Counted from the stretch's first letter, positions 1 through 9,296 are shown. The stretch: 44,238 bases of DNA from Candidatus Xenobia bacterium (GCA_045863235.1 BTUM01000066.1:1-44238), one strand, 5' to 3'. A program made the numbers and translations. Notes: generated from the sequence alone by a model not told the origin.

Positions 1-499
1 TGGGGAGATGAAGCTGACCAACTGCGACGTGGTGTTCGACCCGGAGGCGGTGAAGTTTGAGTGGGAGATTCCGGGGTTTGGGCCGGTTAGCTCAGGGGCT
101 TATGGTGGGGCTCGGTTGGCGGCGGGCCTGAAGGCTGAGGATTTTTTCGATAAGCAGACCGGGCACTTCGATCTCTCGCGCGTGGATGGCCAGCGGGTGC
201 CGTTTTCATACAGGAACTCCACCTACTCCTCGCTGGAGAAGGCCGTGGCGGCACAGCGCGGCAAGCCGACTCCCTTCCGGATAAACCCGGATGGCAGCCG
301 GGGAACCCAGTACGCTTCCTGGGAAGAGTTCTTCCGCGAGGGCCAGGACCAGTACCGCTCGATGCTCTCGGTGATGGACAGGCAGTATCAGGCCACCAAA
401 TCCGAGGCAGTGCGCCGGGGCAGTTTCTCGCTCGACCTCAACCAGTTCCTGAATGCCACCGACTCGATGCGCGTCGTCTACTGGCGCGACTTCAACTAG
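1..499 (+). CDS. 3' part of a gene cut by the window edge; C-terminus of a putative beta-helix (PilX-like) surface protein with a variable segment (copy A)
   Basis: Open from the edge to TAG at 497-499. It matches 11313-11810 on the minus strand, where the reading frame extends upstream into a Gly/Val-rich beta-helix-like region. Confidence 0.75.
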   Translation, partial: GEMKLTNCDVVFDPEAVKFEWEIPGFGPVSSGAYGGARLAAGLKAEDFFDKQTGHFDLSRVDGQRVPFSYRNSTYSSLEKAVAAQRGKPTPFRINPDGSRGTQYASWEEFFREGQDQYRSMLSVMDRQYQATKSEAVRRGSFSLDLNQFLNATDSMRVVYWRDFN

Positions 500-1970
500 G
501 TCCGGTCGACTCGTGAAAGGCACCTCGATGAAAAAGCGCATGAATTTTGCCGCCGGCGCCCTACTCGGCATCCTCGGCGCAGCCTGTCTCTTCGCGCCCG
601 GGTGCGGAGGCGGCGGGACGGGAGCCGCAACCCCGCCGACCTTCGCGTTCGTGCCCGACCCTCCGCCCCCGCCCCCGCCCCCGCCTCCTCCTCCACCCCC
701 GCCTCCACCCCCGGTGCCGGTGACGAACGGCATCACGCGGCAGAGCGTGAGCTCGACCGGAGGCCAGGGCGACGCGTTCAGCGATGAGCCCGCCACCGCC
801 GGGGACGGCACTTTCATCGCTTTTCATTCGTTTGCCCTGGATCTGGTGCCCGACAAAACGACCGGCGTCAGTGACGCCTACCTGCGGAATCGAGTGACTC
901 CCAGCACCCAGCGCGTGAGCCTGGATTCGGCTGGCAATCAAAGCAACGGAGACAGCGCAAGAGCTGCTGTTTCCGCCAATGGCCTGGTTACCTTCGACTC
1001 CGACGCGACCAACCTCGTCGCCAACGACATCAACAACCAGGTCGACGTCTTCCGCCACGATCCCCAGACCGGCCAGACCATCCTGGTCAGCGTGTCCACC
1101 GGCGGCGGCCAGTCCGATGGGTTCTGCGGCCTCTCGTCCATCTCAGCAGACGGCAACCTGATCGCCTTCGAGTCCGGGGCCACCAACCTGGTGCCGGGCG
1201 GCCTCCCCGGGGTCGGTGATGTCCTGGTGCGCGATGTGGCCGCCGGCGTGACCAGCCGGGTCAGCGTCGACTCGGGAAACAACCCGGGCAACGCTATCAG
1301 CGGTGCTCCCCGCATCTCCGCCGACGGACGCTTCGTTGCCTTCTGGTCCGATGCCACCAACCTCGTTGCGGGCGATACCAATGGCGTGAAGGACGTTTTC
1401 GTCCACGACCGCCTGACCGGTCAGACCACCCGCGTGAGCATCGCCACCGACGGCGCTCAGGGCGACGGTGCCAGCGGCGGCACAGCCGTGACCGATAACA
1501 CCCTGGATATCTCCGACGACGGCCGCTTCGTCGTCTTCCAGTCCGAGGCCAGCAACCTCGTCCCCGGCGACACCAACGGCCTCTCGGACATCTTCCGCCA
1601 CGACCGCCAGACCGGCCTCACCGCCCGCCTCAGCGTGGCCACCGGGGCGGTCCAGTCCAACGGCTCGTCCGACACCCCCAAGATCTCCGGCGACGGCCGC
1701 TTCGTGGTCTTCGTCTCCCGCGCCACCAACCTCGACCCCCGCGACCAGAACGGCCTGGCGGACGTCTTCGTCCACGATGCCCAGACCGGTGAGACCCGCG
1801 CCCTCAGCCTCAATCTGGACGTGACCAACACCGGCAACGGCGGCAGCTTCTTCCCCGACATCTCCGCCGACGGGCGCATCATCGTCTTCTCCTCCGACGC
1901 CTCCGACCTGGTCGTGGACGACACGAACGACGCCCGGGACGTGTTCTCGGTGGCCAACCCGTTTCTGCCC
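1..1970 (+). repeat. Copy A of a long inverted duplication
   Basis: Near-identical to the reverse complement of 10218-11810 (position 1 pairs with 11810), apart from a divergent patch at ~80-330 and a 369-nt block missing from copy B. Confidence 0.95.
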
Positions 1971-1973
1971 TGA
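528..1973 (+). CDS. TolB-like / PD40 beta-propeller lipoprotein with a poly-Pro linker (copy A)
   Basis: GAAAGG precedes the ATG at 528. Lipoprotein-like signal (MKKRMNF...LFAPG-C), about 18 consecutive Pro, and repeated ISADGRFVAFxSxATNLVxGDTNGxxDVFVHD blades. Confidence 0.9.
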   Translation: MKKRMNFAAGALLGILGAACLFAPGCGGGGTGAATPPTFAFVPDPPPPPPPPPPPPPPPPPPVPVTNGITRQSVSSTGGQGDAFSDEPATAGDGTFIAFHSFALDLVPDKTTGVSDAYLRNRVTPSTQRVSLDSAGNQSNGDSARAAVSANGLVTFDSDATNLVANDINNQVDVFRHDPQTGQTILVSVSTGGGQSDGFCGLSSISADGNLIAFESGATNLVPGGLPGVGDVLVRDVAAGVTSRVSVDSGNNPGNAISGAPRISADGRFVAFWSDATNLVAGDTNGVKDVFVHDRLTGQTTRVSIATDGAQGDGASGGTAVTDNTLDISDDGRFVVFQSEASNLVPGDTNGLSDIFRHDRQTGLTARLSVATGAVQSNGSSDTPKISGDGRFVVFVSRATNLDPRDQNGLADVFVHDAQTGETRALSLNLDVTNTGNGGSFFPDISADGRIIVFSSDASDLVVDDTNDARDVFSVANPFLP

Positions 1974-1986
1974 AGGCTATCCTGAC

Positions 1987-2013
1987 CGGGCCTTTCGTTC
2001 GGCAGAAGGCCCG
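1987..2013 (+). terminator. Possible terminator hairpin after the TolB-like gene
   Basis: CGGGCCTTTC...GAAGGCCCG stem just downstream of the stop codon; no U-tract. Confidence 0.35.
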
Positions 2014-2117
2014 CAGGCAAGAGGTGGTGCGCGCCGGCACGCTCGGTTTCCGTTCCAAGCTGTGCCTCGTGGCAGTACCGACCATCCCCGGGCAACTAGA
2101 ATCGCCCAGAACCAGGG

Positions 2118-2472
2118 TCAGAGGAGAAAGTCAGGAAGTTTCACGCAGAGGTTCGCCAGTTCGCAGGACTCCACCAACTCAGTCACGAGGTGCAACTCCT
2201 CCACGCATACACCGATGGGTCGAATCCTGGGCACAGTAGATCACGCCCGAGCACTCGATGTCCTGTGCCGAGAGCAAGTAGGGAATTTCGAGGAAGTCCT
2301 GGTCCTGCGTAAAGAGAACCCGCCCCAATTCGGTGGCCCGCCGCAGGAGCTGAGGGTCCTCGAGGGTATCGCTGCCGTCTTCCTGGGCTGTCAGGACATC
2401 CACGTTCCGTCGGCGCAGTCCAATCGTAATAGCGAGGTGGACGTGCACGTCCATCAAGAGCCGAAGTGCCAA
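2118..2472 (-). pseudogene. DUF5615 / VapC45-like PIN toxin, frameshifted near 2220
   Basis: Starts MALRLLMDVHV...D..LLRRATELGRVLFTQDQDF. The expected tail PIGVCVEELHLV...VKLPDFLL* lies in another frame ending at 2118. Confidence 0.75.
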
Positions 2473-2796
2473 CTATCCCCGGCGAGAAGCCAGTAGCTTC
2501 CGGATCTTTCGGACCACAGGCTCATCCATCTGTTTCTGTTCGAACTCCCGCTCGATCTCTCTGGCTCGCAGGATGTCGGCGTCGATTTCGGACTGGTGAT
2601 CGTAGTAGTAAGCCAACGCACCATACACCTGGGCCAGACTGACACCCTGGAACTGCCACGCCAGTTCGTCGGCGGACCAGCCGTGGGCCAGATGGGCCCG
2701 CACCAGATCGCGGATCTTCAGGCGGGTACCCTCGATCACGGGACGATCATTCTGATCAAGAGCTACGTGCTTGTATTCACTCGTTCGCGGACTCAC
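2473..2796 (-). CDS. DUF433 antitoxin
   Basis: Contains RPVIEGTRLKIRDLV...GWSADELAWQF..VSLAQVYGALAYYYDHQSEID. The GTG at 2796 lies 7 nt after an extended -10 (TG-c-TATGAT). Confidence 0.85.
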   Translation of the reverse strand: MSPRTSEYKHVALDQNDRPVIEGTRLKIRDLVRAHLAHGWSADELAWQFQGVSLAQVYGALAYYYDHQSEIDADILRAREIEREFEQKQMDEPVVRKIRKLLASRRG

Positions 2797-2915
2797 CGCG
2801 CTTATCATAGCACGCCGCTCTGCAATAGTCACCGGCATGAGGCTCACGGGTATTCCTGCCGTCCTCCTCCTGCTGCGTCGAGGAGATCAGGAGCGACCAG
2901 AGCGCTGGGTTTCGC

Positions 2916-3069
2916 GTGACCTTGCACTCGCTCAGGCACGCGACGCATCTTCTCCAGCCGGCGCGCCCGTGCGGGTTCAGGAGCCATGCCGTGCTGCATT
3001 CCACCCAGCGATACACGCGCGTCACGTTGACGGACCTTCGCGGGATGCTCAGGCGTCACCATCCCCGCC
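2916..3069 (+). pseudogene. C-terminal remnant of a XerC/D-type tyrosine recombinase
   Basis: Translates as HSLRHA.THLLQ / GAPVR.VQE / HAVLHSTQRYTRVTLTDLRGMLRRHHPR, i.e. the H-x-x-R, H and Y catalytic box with small deletions. No N-terminal part is visible. Confidence 0.75.
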
Positions 3070-3097
3070 TGGTGGAGCGTGGCGCCGCTCCAACGAT

Positions 3098-3150
3098 CTG
3101 GTCGTGGACGACACGAACGACGCCCGGGACGTGTTCTCGGTGGCCAACCC
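3098..3150 (+). repeat. Third copy of the TolB-like gene 3' end
   Basis: 53 nt identical to 1908-1960. Confidence 0.95.
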
Positions 3151-3220
3151 CCAGGCAGACTGAGCGGACCATTTCTGCAGCCGAGCAGGGGTTCCGACCT
3201 CCCCGAGAAACCTCCAGGCT

Positions 3221-4810
3221 ATGCTCATCCCCCGCCGTCGACTGCTCCAACTCGGGCTTGGTCTCGCTGCTGCCGCCGCCGTTCCCACCTTCCCCGGCTG
3301 CAGCGGGGGAGCCCCCCCACCGCTCGAACCACCGATTGACCCGATCATCCCCCCGCAAGTGGTGGAGGCCGAGCTCAACCTCCAGATGGCGACCACCATC
3401 CTGGACGGCGTGCCCTTCACCCATCGAAGCTTCAACGGAATGCTCGGAGGGCCGGTCCTGCGGGTGAGACCGGGCGACCTGCTGCGGGTCACCTTCCGCA
3501 ACATGTTGCCGCCCAACCCGCCCCGGCCGGCCGACCTGGACATGAACATCCCGCACGACTTCAATACCTCCAACCTCCACATGCACGGGTTCCACGTCAG
3601 CCCCGAAGGCAATTCGGACAACATCTTCCTCCACGTCGAGCCGGGCGAGACCCAGGTCTACGAGTTCGCGATTCCGGCCGACCACCCGACGGGGACCTAC
3701 TTCTACCACCCCCACAAGCACGGCTCGGTCACCGTGCAGGTGTTCTCCGGCATGGCCGGCATGGTGATCATCGAGGGCGGCATCGACGAACTGCCCGAGA
3801 TCCAGGCCGCCCGAGAGGTGCTCTTCCGCCTCAACGAAGTCATGCAAAACGACCAGGGAGGCGTCCCCGACTACACCGCCAAGAACGCATTTCGCCCCGC
3901 CTGGCGCCGCATGCCGGTGAACGGGGAGATGCGGCCCACTTTCCGCATCCGGCCGGGCGAGGTCCAGCGCTGGAGGGTGGTCAACGCCGGCGTGGCCTGG
4001 ACCACGCCGCTTCGGATCGAAGGCCACAGCCAGCATTCTCTGGCCCTGGACGGCATCAACTTCCCCCAGGTCGTCGAGGTTCCCAGCCAGGTGCTGGCGC
4101 CGGGCAATCGCTACGACTTTCTGCTGGTGGGGGGCGCTCCGGGTACCTACCGCATCCTCAAGGACCCTTACCAGCAGGCCAATCCGCTCTTCGGACCGAT
4201 CGCCATGACCCCCGAGGTCGAGCTGGCCACCCTGATCGTCGAAGGGGAGCCGGTGGTGATGAGCCTGCCAACCGTTCTGCCCACTCCGGCCTCGCTGCCG
4301 GACATCACCGACGACGAGATCACCGGCAAGCGGACCATCGACTACGCCACACAGTTCGACAAAGGCGGTCCTTCGGCCGCCTTTCCCGACAACTACACCG
4401 TGGACGGCTTCCGCTTCGACGCCAACGCCCCCGGCCAGGTGGTGCCGCTCGGAGCCGTCGAGGAGTGGACCGTGCGCAGCGTCGTGGCGGATACCGAGCA
4501 CCCCTTCCACATCCACATCAACCCCTTCCAGGTGGTGGCCATCAACGGCAACCCGGTTCCGCCCCGGTGGCAGGATACCGTCATCTTGCCCATGGGCGGC
4601 AGCGTCACTCTGCGTACGCGCTTTCTGGACTTCACGGGCCGGTTCGTCCACCACTGCCACATGCTGGCCCACGAGGACCTGGGCATGATGCAGAACGTCG
4701 AGGTGGTGGCGCCGGGGGCCCGAGCCAGCGTGCAGGACATCCGCGAGATTGGCCCCCGCTACGTGCCGCCGGCTCGGCTCGAAGCGGACGATTGGTGCGG
4801 CGACCCGTGA
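3221..4810 (+). CDS. Multicopper oxidase (laccase/CueO-like) with a Tat signal
   Basis: RRRLLQ twin-Arg leader; copper motifs HMHG, HPHKHG, HPFHIH and HCHMLAHEDLGMM. Confidence 0.95.
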   Translation: MLIPRRRLLQLGLGLAAAAAVPTFPGCSGGAPPPLEPPIDPIIPPQVVEAELNLQMATTILDGVPFTHRSFNGMLGGPVLRVRPGDLLRVTFRNMLPPNPPRPADLDMNIPHDFNTSNLHMHGFHVSPEGNSDNIFLHVEPGETQVYEFAIPADHPTGTYFYHPHKHGSVTVQVFSGMAGMVIIEGGIDELPEIQAAREVLFRLNEVMQNDQGGVPDYTAKNAFRPAWRRMPVNGEMRPTFRIRPGEVQRWRVVNAGVAWTTPLRIEGHSQHSLALDGINFPQVVEVPSQVLAPGNRYDFLLVGGAPGTYRILKDPYQQANPLFGPIAMTPEVELATLIVEGEPVVMSLPTVLPTPASLPDITDDEITGKRTIDYATQFDKGGPSAAFPDNYTVDGFRFDANAPGQVVPLGAVEEWTVRSVVADTEHPFHIHINPFQVVAINGNPVPPRWQDTVILPMGGSVTLRTRFLDFTGRFVHHCHMLAHEDLGMMQNVEVVAPGARASVQDIREIGPRYVPPARLEADDWCGDP

Positions 4811-4829
4811 GCCTGCGCCTGGGGGGCGA

Positions 4830-5105
4830 TCAATCCGCCTGCTGGCGAATCCCGTAGCGGTCCAGGTCGTGGTTCTCGGCCAGGTCCTGGGCCGCCCGGC
4901 GCAGGGTGGCCTCGGACAGGTCGCTGACCAGGAGCAGATCCTCGCACACGAAGTGGGTCATCCCCTCGGCCTTCATCAGGCGCTGCACCTCGCCTGGAGT
5001 GAAGGCGGTGAAAGCGTAGGTGCGCCCGTCTTCCAGCGTGACCAGCAGATCCGTGTTGCCCTCGGCGGGGTTCTCCACCTCGCCGATCCAGAGCGAACGG
5101 ATCAT
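4830..5105 (-). CDS. Putative immunity protein
   Basis: Small acidic protein (NTDLLVTLEDGRTY..TAFTP...LM...F...DLLLV) coupled by an ATGA overlap to the upstream toxin-like gene. Confidence 0.65.
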   Translation of the reverse strand: MIRSLWIGEVENPAEGNTDLLVTLEDGRTYAFTAFTPGEVQRLMKAEGMTHFVCEDLLLVSDLSEATLRRAAQDLAENHDLDRYGIRQQAD

Positions 5106-5962
5106 CTCAGGTCGAACTCGCGGCGCAACAGGGAGATGGCCGAGTCCTCATTGGACTTGTTGCACACCACCAGCCACTGGGGCACGTCATCCTTCATCCG
5201 GTAGAAGATGCGCGTGCCCTCGCGCCCGCGCAGATAGCAGATGCCCTTGCCCAGAGTCTTGGTGCCGATGCCCGGATTGGGGTTCCCCGCGTCGAACTGG
5301 TCGATCAGCCGGGCTCCCTCCGCCTCGTGGTTCTGACCGATCTTGAAGGCCTTGAGAAATCCGGGCGAGGCCATGGCCTGATCGAGCGAGGTGAGCGGCT
5401 TGCGACTCGCCTCCTCGGCGGCCGCCGCGGCCGTCTCCAGGGCTTGCCAGTCGCCCCCCTCGGCCAGTAGCTCGCGAGCCTCGCCCTTGTTCTTGCGAGC
5501 CCAGGTGATGGTGTCCACCATCTGGTCGAGCCTGGCTCCGGCGATGGTGGGGTTGGGGATGGTCAGGGCGTCGAGCAGGGCCAGGGTTCCGTGGTTGCGC
5601 ACCTCCTCGGGCAGCTGGGGGAAACGCTGCTTGATCTCGGCCAGCGCGGGATGATCGGCCAGCGGGGTGGAGGCGGCCGACTGGAGGATCCAGCTCATCT
5701 CCTCCAGCGTGTGGGGAGCCTCCTCCATGGCCAGGGTCACCGGCACGGGAGCGGGCGGGGCGGGAGCGGGAGCCGAAGGAGAAACCGGAGCGGGAGCGAC
5801 CTCAGGAGCCGGCGCGGCAGCAACGGTGGCGCTCGGCAGGCTCAGGTCGGCCAGGTCGCCGCCGGGTGCGGCAGCTTCCGGTTGGCCCACCTTGTGAGGC
5901 TGGGCGGCGCTCTTGACCGGAGCGACGAACGGGGTGGAGCCGAGCGAGGTGAGGGGATTCAC
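5102..5962 (-). CDS. Putative polymorphic toxin: Pro/Ala-rich N-terminus plus C-terminal RelE/ParE-like nuclease domain
   Basis: The C-terminus GNPNPGIGTKTLGKGICYLRGREGTRIFYR...VVCNKSNEDSAI resembles RelE-fold toxin tips; assignment is from memory, not from a search. Confidence 0.65.
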   Translation of the reverse strand: MNPLTSLGSTPFVAPVKSAAQPHKVGQPEAAAPGGDLADLSLPSATVAAAPAPEVAPAPVSPSAPAPAPPAPVPVTLAMEEAPHTLEEMSWILQSAASTPLADHPALAEIKQRFPQLPEEVRNHGTLALLDALTIPNPTIAGARLDQMVDTITWARKNKGEARELLAEGGDWQALETAAAAAEEASRKPLTSLDQAMASPGFLKAFKIGQNHEAEGARLIDQFDAGNPNPGIGTKTLGKGICYLRGREGTRIFYRMKDDVPQWLVVCNKSNEDSAISLLRREFDLR

Positions 5963-5981
5963 TGACAGGAGAGTTCTGCTT

Positions 5982-7046
5982 TCACGGGCGCGAGTCCTGG
6001 CGCTGGCGCTGGGCCAGGAGCACGCGCCAGTAGCCCTTCACGACCCCGGGAAAGGTCTCGTAGTAGTCCGCCCGAGCCGCCTGTCCCGGGGCCGAGAGCC
6101 GGCTGGCCACGCGCTGGGCTTCGATGGGGCTGTCGCCGCGGTAGACCACGTCCACCGTCAGATAGCCCTGCAGAAAGACCGCCGGTGAGGGCGCCTGGGC
6201 CACGGGCGCCGGGGCTGGAGCCAGGTCGCGGAAGGGGCAGAAGCTGATGGGTCCGGGAAGGGGGGCGTCCGGGGCCAGCAGTTCCTGGCGCACCTGGGCC
6301 GCCGTCTGAAACCGGTCCTCCTTGCGCGTCTGCATCAGCTTGAAGATCAGCTTCTGCCAGCGCGGGTCGCTCAGCTGGCGCAGTCTCTCTTCTCCCGAGG
6401 CCAGCCGCACCGCGTCGGGAGGGGTGGAGCGGGTGATGAGGGCATACAGGGTGGCCCCCAGCGAGTAGAGGTCGCTGCGCGCGTCCGTGCCGGCGCCGTA
6501 CTGCTCGATGGGAGCGTAGCCCGACGAGCCGAATCCCCGCAAGAGCTCGGTGGTGCCCCGGCCGGGGAGGTGGGTGCGGGCGATCCCGAAGTCGATCAGC
6601 TTGAGCCGTCCCGTGGACTTCTCCAGCATCAGGTTGGCGGGCTTGAGGTCACGATAGAGCACCCGCTGGCCGTGCAGGTACTCGAGCGCGTCCACGATCT
6701 GCAGAGCCCAATCGGTGATGAGCTCGCCCGAGAGCTGGCCGGGGGCGGTATCGAGCACCGTCTGAAGGTCGCGCCCCTGGATGAAGTCGGTGACCAGGTA
6801 GGCCAGTCCGGCCTGCTCGAAGCAGTCGCGCACGCGCACCAGGCCTGGATGCTCCAGGCGAGCCAGCAAGCGCGCTTCTTGCAGCAGCACCCGGGTCATG
6901 GCCGGGCGGTCGGAGGGGCTGACGTGGCTCAGGTCGAGCTGCTTGAGAGCCACCTGCTGGCCCAGGCGGACGTCCGTGGCGCGATAGACGGTGGACATCC
7001 CACCCCGGCCCAGCACGTCCTCGATTCGATAGCGACCTGCCAGCAT
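5982..7046 (-). CDS. Hanks-type Ser/Thr protein kinase
   Basis: Motifs GRGGMSTVY, VALK, YRDLKPAN, DFG, GYAPIEQY and DLYSLG. Confidence 0.95.
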   Translation of the reverse strand: MLAGRYRIEDVLGRGGMSTVYRATDVRLGQQVALKQLDLSHVSPSDRPAMTRVLLQEARLLARLEHPGLVRVRDCFEQAGLAYLVTDFIQGRDLQTVLDTAPGQLSGELITDWALQIVDALEYLHGQRVLYRDLKPANLMLEKSTGRLKLIDFGIARTHLPGRGTTELLRGFGSSGYAPIEQYGAGTDARSDLYSLGATLYALITRSTPPDAVRLASGEERLRQLSDPRWQKLIFKLMQTRKEDRFQTAAQVRQELLAPDAPLPGPISFCPFRDLAPAPAPVAQAPSPAVFLQGYLTVDVVYRGDSPIEAQRVASRLSAPGQAARADYYETFPGVVKGYWRVLLAQRQRQDSRP

Positions 7047-7095
7047 CTAAAGCCCATGCTAGCAGCCCGAGTTTAACGTTTGCAGCGCACAAATT

Positions 7096-7138
7096 TTAAC
7101 AGACGGTTAACAGTGCCGACTGTTCGGGGGAGTAGGCT
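7096..7138 (+). promoter_or_regulatory. TTAACAG direct repeat (11-bp period) and TAGGCT -10 in a divergent intergenic region
   Basis: TTAACAG at 7096-7102 and 7107-7113; TAGGCT at 7133-7138, 7 nt before the ATG at 7146. Confidence 0.55.
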
Positions 7139-7145
7139 ACGGGCC

Positions 7146-8537
7146 ATGCAGGTCAGTCAACTCAAGAACACCCCCTATCAGCGGATCAAGAACTCTCCGC
7201 CCGGCCGCTTCGTGCGCGAGAACAAGCTGGCGACCGGTGCGGTCGCCGTGGGGGGCGCCATCGTGCTGGCCGGAGGAGCCGTGCAGTCCACGGCCGTGGC
7301 CCGGGTGGCCGAGTATGGCGTGATCCCCGCCGTGGGCGCGGGGATGGCGGTGGTCGGCTTTGCCGCCGCCCACGACGCGGTGGTCAACGACCTGGGCCGG
7401 CGTAACGGCCTGGCCGCCGCCAAGCTGACGGCCGGGACTCTGTCGGGCCTTGCCGGGGTCCAGATCGTGGGCATGAGCTACGACATCCCGGTGCTGGAAC
7501 GGGCCCTGACCGGTCCGCTGGAAGCTCTTTCCGACCATGGCCTGGCGGTGCTGGGCACGGGCGTGGCCGGGGGCGGCGTGGCCGCCGGAGTGCTGGCCGC
7601 CCGCCAGTTCCAGCAGGCCTTCGGCCCGGGCGAGAATCGCCCTCGCCACGCCGCTCTGGGCGTGGCTGCCAGCCTGGGCTCGGCCGGCGGGCTGCTGGGA
7701 GGCGCTGAGCTGATCGGTCGCCAGTATGGCATCGCCGGATTGGATCGTGCCTTCACCGGCACCGTCGAGCACCTGGCCCAGAGCCCGGCCGCGGCCGTGG
7801 GCGGAGGCGCCCTGCTGGTGGCCGGGGCCGGAGTGCTGGGAGCCGAGGCGGTGGGCAACTTCCGCAAGGGCGGCAACGACCTTTTGACCGTGGCCGAGGG
7901 GATGGGCGCGGTCAGCGCCGGCCTGGGCGGCCTGGAGCTGATCGGACATGGAGCCCGGGTGCCTGCTCTGCAGGGCCTGCTGACCCACAACGCCGATCTG
8001 GTGGGCTCGGCCGCCCTCTCGGTGGGGGGCCTGGCGGTCGGGCGGCTGGCCCTCAAGGATGCTCAGGGGAACGGACTGGGCGTGAAGAACAGCCTGGCCC
8101 TCGGAGCTGCCGCCGTGATGGTGCCGGGCGGCCTCATGGTGGGCGCTGAGAGCCTGGGCCTGATGGCCGCGGTGGACGTGTTGAGCCGGGGCACCCAGCT
8201 GGGGCTGGGGGCCGGGCTGGGCCTGACCACCGTTGCCCTGGGCAAGAACGCCGTGCAGGCGGCCCGCCAGGGCGAGGTGGGCTCGGCCCTGTTCCAGGGG
8301 GTGATGGGCGCGGGCACCGCCACCGGCAGCCTGCTGGTGACCGGGGACGCGCTGGGGATCGAGGCCATCAGCCGGCTCGGCCAGAAGCTGGCCGAAGTCA
8401 CCATCGAGCCCCTGGTCGATCACGTGCTCTGGCCCACGGCTCGCTTCCTCTTCGAGAACCCGGTGGCCGGGGCCGCCTTGCTGGCCACCGGACTGGGAGT
8501 CTACCTCTACGTCAAGCACCGCCAGTCCCAGACCTGA
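7146..8537 (+). CDS. Gly/Ala-rich multi-pass hydrophobic repeat protein
   Basis: Many hydrophobic segments and about five internal repeats; start chosen from the -10 position. Confidence 0.8.
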   Translation: MQVSQLKNTPYQRIKNSPPGRFVRENKLATGAVAVGGAIVLAGGAVQSTAVARVAEYGVIPAVGAGMAVVGFAAAHDAVVNDLGRRNGLAAAKLTAGTLSGLAGVQIVGMSYDIPVLERALTGPLEALSDHGLAVLGTGVAGGGVAAGVLAARQFQQAFGPGENRPRHAALGVAASLGSAGGLLGGAELIGRQYGIAGLDRAFTGTVEHLAQSPAAAVGGGALLVAGAGVLGAEAVGNFRKGGNDLLTVAEGMGAVSAGLGGLELIGHGARVPALQGLLTHNADLVGSAALSVGGLAVGRLALKDAQGNGLGVKNSLALGAAAVMVPGGLMVGAESLGLMAAVDVLSRGTQLGLGAGLGLTTVALGKNAVQAARQGEVGSALFQGVMGAGTATGSLLVTGDALGIEAISRLGQKLAEVTIEPLVDHVLWPTARFLFENPVAGAALLATGLGVYLYVKHRQSQT

Positions 8538-8588
8538 AGGGTCACATGACCCTGGAGTCGGGACCGGCCGACCCCCTAGCATGGGGGT

Positions 8589-9296
8589 ATGCTGCTCGAC
8601 CTCTTGCGCTGGTTTCTCAGGGTTCTGATCGGGGGCTACCTGCGTCCCCATACCCTGTTTGGTGAAGGTCTGCCTCGCCAGGGCCCGGCCCTGGTGGCGG
8701 CCAACCATCCCACCGTGCTCGACGGCGTGGTGCTGGGGTTGTGGGCCCCGCGTCGGCTGCGCTTCCTGGTCGCCGGCCACCTCTTCGACAACCCGTTCAT
8801 GGGCTGGTTCCTGCGCCTGACCGGCTGCATCCCGGTCGGCCGCCAGGGCAGCTTCGAGGCGGCCGTGCAGGCACTGGAGCAGGGCGACTGGCTGGGGATC
8901 TTTCCCGAGGGCACCATCTCGGGCTCGGAGCGGTTGCTCGAGTTCCGCACCGGGGTGGCACGCCTGGCGCTGCTCACCGGCACTCCGGTCTATCCCACCG
9001 CCATCGCCGGCACCCTGCGATTGTTCTCGCCCGAGCAACACCGGCTGCAGCCCGGACCGGTGGTGCTTTCGGCCACGCGAGCGCTTCGCTTCGAGCGCCA
9101 GAGTGAGCCGGTGGAGGAGGCGGTGCACGAGTGCCTGACGCGCATCCGGCGCGAGCTGGAGGCTCAAGCCGAGCTGGCCCGCCAGGCCCTCGACCAGGTC
9201 CGCGGGCCCGGGGGGCTGCGCACCTTTCTGACCGGCCTGCTGCTGGTGCCGCTGGCCTCGGTGCTGAGCCGCTCCGAGCCGATCCCTCAGGGCTGA
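8589..9296 (+). CDS. Lysophospholipid acyltransferase (PlsC family)
   Basis: NHPTVLD and IFPEGT motifs. Confidence 0.9.
   Translation: MLLDLLRWFLRVLIGGYLRPHTLFGEGLPRQGPALVAANHPTVLDGVVLGLWAPRRLRFLVAGHLFDNPFMGWFLRLTGCIPVGRQGSFEAAVQALEQGDWLGIFPEGTISGSERLLEFRTGVARLALLTGTPVYPTAIAGTLRLFSPEQHRLQPGPVVLSATRALRFERQSEPVEEAVHECLTRIRRELEAQAELARQALDQVRGPGGLRTFLTGLLLVPLASVLSRSEPIPQG

Noticed and set aside
60..360. Diversity-generating retroelement (VR/TR pair with 11450-11750)
   Set aside because: Differences are not restricted to adenines, many are synonymous C/T changes, and no reverse transcriptase is present in the window.
2118..3163. Integron
   Set aside because: The recombinase is only a short C-terminal remnant, and I could not identify attC sites.
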